64,000 nt of DNA from Spirochaetia bacterium (GTDB taxonomy: Bacteria > Spirochaetota > Spirochaetia > SZUA-6 > Bin103): assembly GCA_965199955.1 (NCBI GenBank), contig CBDATQ010000002.1, forward strand, positions 544,001-608,000. The letters run 5' to 3'. How positions within the stretch are numbered: the stretch's first letter is position 1; each line of letters opens with the position of its first letter. The translations under genes were made by a program, and so were the position numbers. The notes under the pieces are model-generated. The model ran no database searches. It saw only the letters and a program-made list of their open reading frames with translations, and was not told where the DNA came from. Below, one piece after another: positions 62,962 to 64,000 of this stretch.

Positions 62962-63908
62962 AGGCGCTCCTGATCGTCCTGGCGGTGGTCGCCGTGGTCG
63001 CCGTCGGGTTCCTGGTCTTTCAGCACGACATGGCGGCGATCGAGGTCAAGGCCGAGCCGATCGGGCTGGGCAAGCACGTCACCAACGCCGTGCTGACCTC
63101 GTTCGTGCTGTCGGCGGCACTGGTGATCTTCGCCTTCTTCTTCGGGCGGCGCCTCAAGGAGCGGCCGGGCGGTCTGCAGAACGTGGTGGAGGGCCTCATC
63201 GAGGGTCTGGACAACCTGGTCAAGGACGCCGCCCCGAAGCGCTGGGCGGAGACGTTCTTTCCGATCGTCGCCACCATCTTTCTGTACCTGGTCGTCGTCA
63301 ACATGTTCAGCCTGCTCACCCCGTTCCTGGGGGCGGTCGGGCCCGCCCACTCGCACTACAAGGGCGCTGATCCCGAGGCCACGGGGTTCGCCGGCATCCA
63401 GAGCGTGCTGCTGATCGGCGGCAAGTTCGAGGACCTGCAGCCGCTGCACCCTGACGAACACCACGACGGGCACCTCGACCGCGTGGTGATCGTGCCGTTC
63501 CTGCGCGCTCCCTCGTCCGATCTCAACCTGACCCTGGCGCTGGCCCTGATCACGGTGATCCTGACCCAGTGGTTCGGGCTGCGCGCGCATGGCGCGCGCT
63601 ACCTGTCGAACTTCCTGCCCCTGGGCGGCCTGCGTCGCAAGGGCTTCACCACCTGGGCGATCGAGCTGTTCGTGGGCGTGCTGGAGGGGATCAGCGAGCT
63701 GGCGCGGATCGTCTCCTTCTCCTTCCGGCTGTTCGGCAACGTGTTCGCCGGGGAGGTGGTGCTGATCGTGATCTCCAGCTTGGTGCCGCTGGGCCTGTTG
63801 GTCGTGTTCTTCGGCCTGGAGATCTTCGTGGGCCTGATCCAGGCGATCGTCTTCTTCCTGCTGGCCCTGGTGTTCTTTTCGGTCGCTGCCGGCGAGCACG
63901 AGCACTGA
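62958..63908 (+). CDS. atpB: F0F1 ATP synthase subunit a
   Basis: PGGLQN..E, DLN.TLALA, S.SFRLFGN.FAGE (essential Arg), IQA.VF..L. Confidence 0.93.
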   Translation: MKALLIVLAVVAVVAVGFLVFQHDMAAIEVKAEPIGLGKHVTNAVLTSFVLSAALVIFAFFFGRRLKERPGGLQNVVEGLIEGLDNLVKDAAPKRWAETFFPIVATIFLYLVVVNMFSLLTPFLGAVGPAHSHYKGADPEATGFAGIQSVLLIGGKFEDLQPLHPDEHHDGHLDRVVIVPFLRAPSSDLNLTLALALITVILTQWFGLRAHGARYLSNFLPLGGLRRKGFTTWAIELFVGVLEGISELARIVSFSFRLFGNVFAGEVVLIVISSLVPLGLLVVFFGLEIFVGLIQAIVFFLLALVFFSVAAGEHEH

Positions 63909-63984
63909 TCGGCGTCCACGCGGCGCACAGGACCGTGGCTCGCCTGCTTGGCGGCGCGGGGCTTGTCTGGTAGTTTCCGCACCC

Positions 63985-64000
63985 ATGGAGCAGCTCACAG
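63985..64000 (+). CDS. Start of next CDS (MEQLT...), possibly ATP synthase subunit c; truncated
   Basis: ATG 8 nt after TGG-TAGTTT; identity guessed only from position after atpB. Confidence 0.3.

Overview
GC-rich bacterial chromosome segment, mostly housekeeping genes. The order ffh-rpsP-khpA-rimM-trmD-rplS, then rpmF-acpP-rnc/cca, then mltG-dnaG-rpoD-Zn-ribbon-rnpB-TPR-mreBCD-mrdA-rodA, plus a short SMC and a long LptD, points to a spirochaete (inference from synteny). It holds about 63 CDSs, three tRNAs (Thr-TGT, Tyr-GTA, Val-TAC) and RNase P RNA. I found no CRISPR array, integrase or intact transposase. The best candidate for a new system is the block between smc and ffh (6541-12505). It is an operon of three predicted lipoproteins (two paralogous beta-propellers and a Tricorn-C1/PDZ/S41 protein lacking its catalytic residues), resembling a split, inactive tricorn protease, and it converges on an atypical FtsH-like AAA+ protease. 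Other signals are recurrent leaderless-mRNA promoters, CDSs starting 6-7 nt after tRNAs, 15-18 nt micro-duplications, a four-copy ATGAC(C)GGAG array after rpoD, a probable ATC start for rnhB, long convergent overlaps and an F-type ATP synthase. All calls come from reading motifs by eye; no searches were run, and some start codons are uncertain.
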